Shown here: positions 63,878 to 64,000 of the stretch, piece by piece
Layout: each line of letters begins with the position of its first letter
Numbering within the stretch: position 1 is the first letter of the stretch
NCBI RefSeq assembly: GCF_006345805.1
Contig: NC_043002.1
Coordinates: forward strand, 116,064,001-116,128,000
Origin: Octopus sinensis
Taxonomy: Eukaryota
Direction of reading: 5' to 3'
Length of the DNA stretch: 64,000 bases
Notes under the pieces: model-generated
Databases searched by the model: none
Seen by the model: only the letters and a program-made list of their open reading frames with translations
Told to the model about the DNA's origin: nothing
Position numbers and translations under genes: made by a program

Positions 63878-63973
63878 GCTCTTGGAGAAATTGTTGATAT
63901 TGGTAGTGATACCAAATTGTCAGTGGGACAGTCTGTGATGTATATGGTACATGGAGCATTTGCTGAATTTAAG
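63878..63973 (+). CDS. PTGR3: PTGR3 coding exon: ALGEIVDIGSDTKLSVGQSVMYMVHGAFAEFK
   Basis: TTTTCAG|GCT acceptor and AAG|GTTAGA donor; 96 nt; phase 0/0. Aligns to ZADH2 GIGEVVALG...VGQAVAYMAPGSFAEY. The gene continues beyond the window. Confidence 0.92.
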
Positions 63974-64000
63974 GTTAGAAAAATGTTCTTATTATTCTTA

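Overview
AT-rich, repeat-saturated animal genomic DNA. The repeat repertoire (tRNA-derived SINEs with (GAT)n or (GTAAAA) tails, RTE/CR1/Penelope elements, kb-long (TA)n tracts) suggests a coleoid cephalopod, probably Octopus; this is an inference. One host gene is visible on the + strand: three coding exons of prostaglandin reductase 3 (PTGR3/ZADH2, MDR superfamily) at 35418-35554, 47505-47592 and 63878-63973, with a possible short first exon near a CpG-rich patch at about 27.9 kb. The rest is decayed mobile DNA: maT (DD37D) and mariner transposons, hAT and piggyBac-type MITEs, Tx1/L1, CR1, RTE, R4/Dong and HERO LINEs, three Penelope-like elements, a Copia remnant, many SINEs and a 37-bp satellite. 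The most unusual signals are these. (i) At least five different minimal type-I hammerhead-ribozyme-like motifs, most with palindromic helix III, several near Penelope-like termini and some with non-canonical cores (a G3-C8 covariant, an A6U variant); every copy deviates from the canonical core. (ii) A C4HC3 PHD finger inserted inside the reverse transcriptase of the RTE LINEs. (iii) Recurrent fold-back hairpins at retroelement truncation points. (iv) Tandem multimers of an RTE 3'UTR module. All calls were made by eye with no database searches, and element boundaries are approximate.
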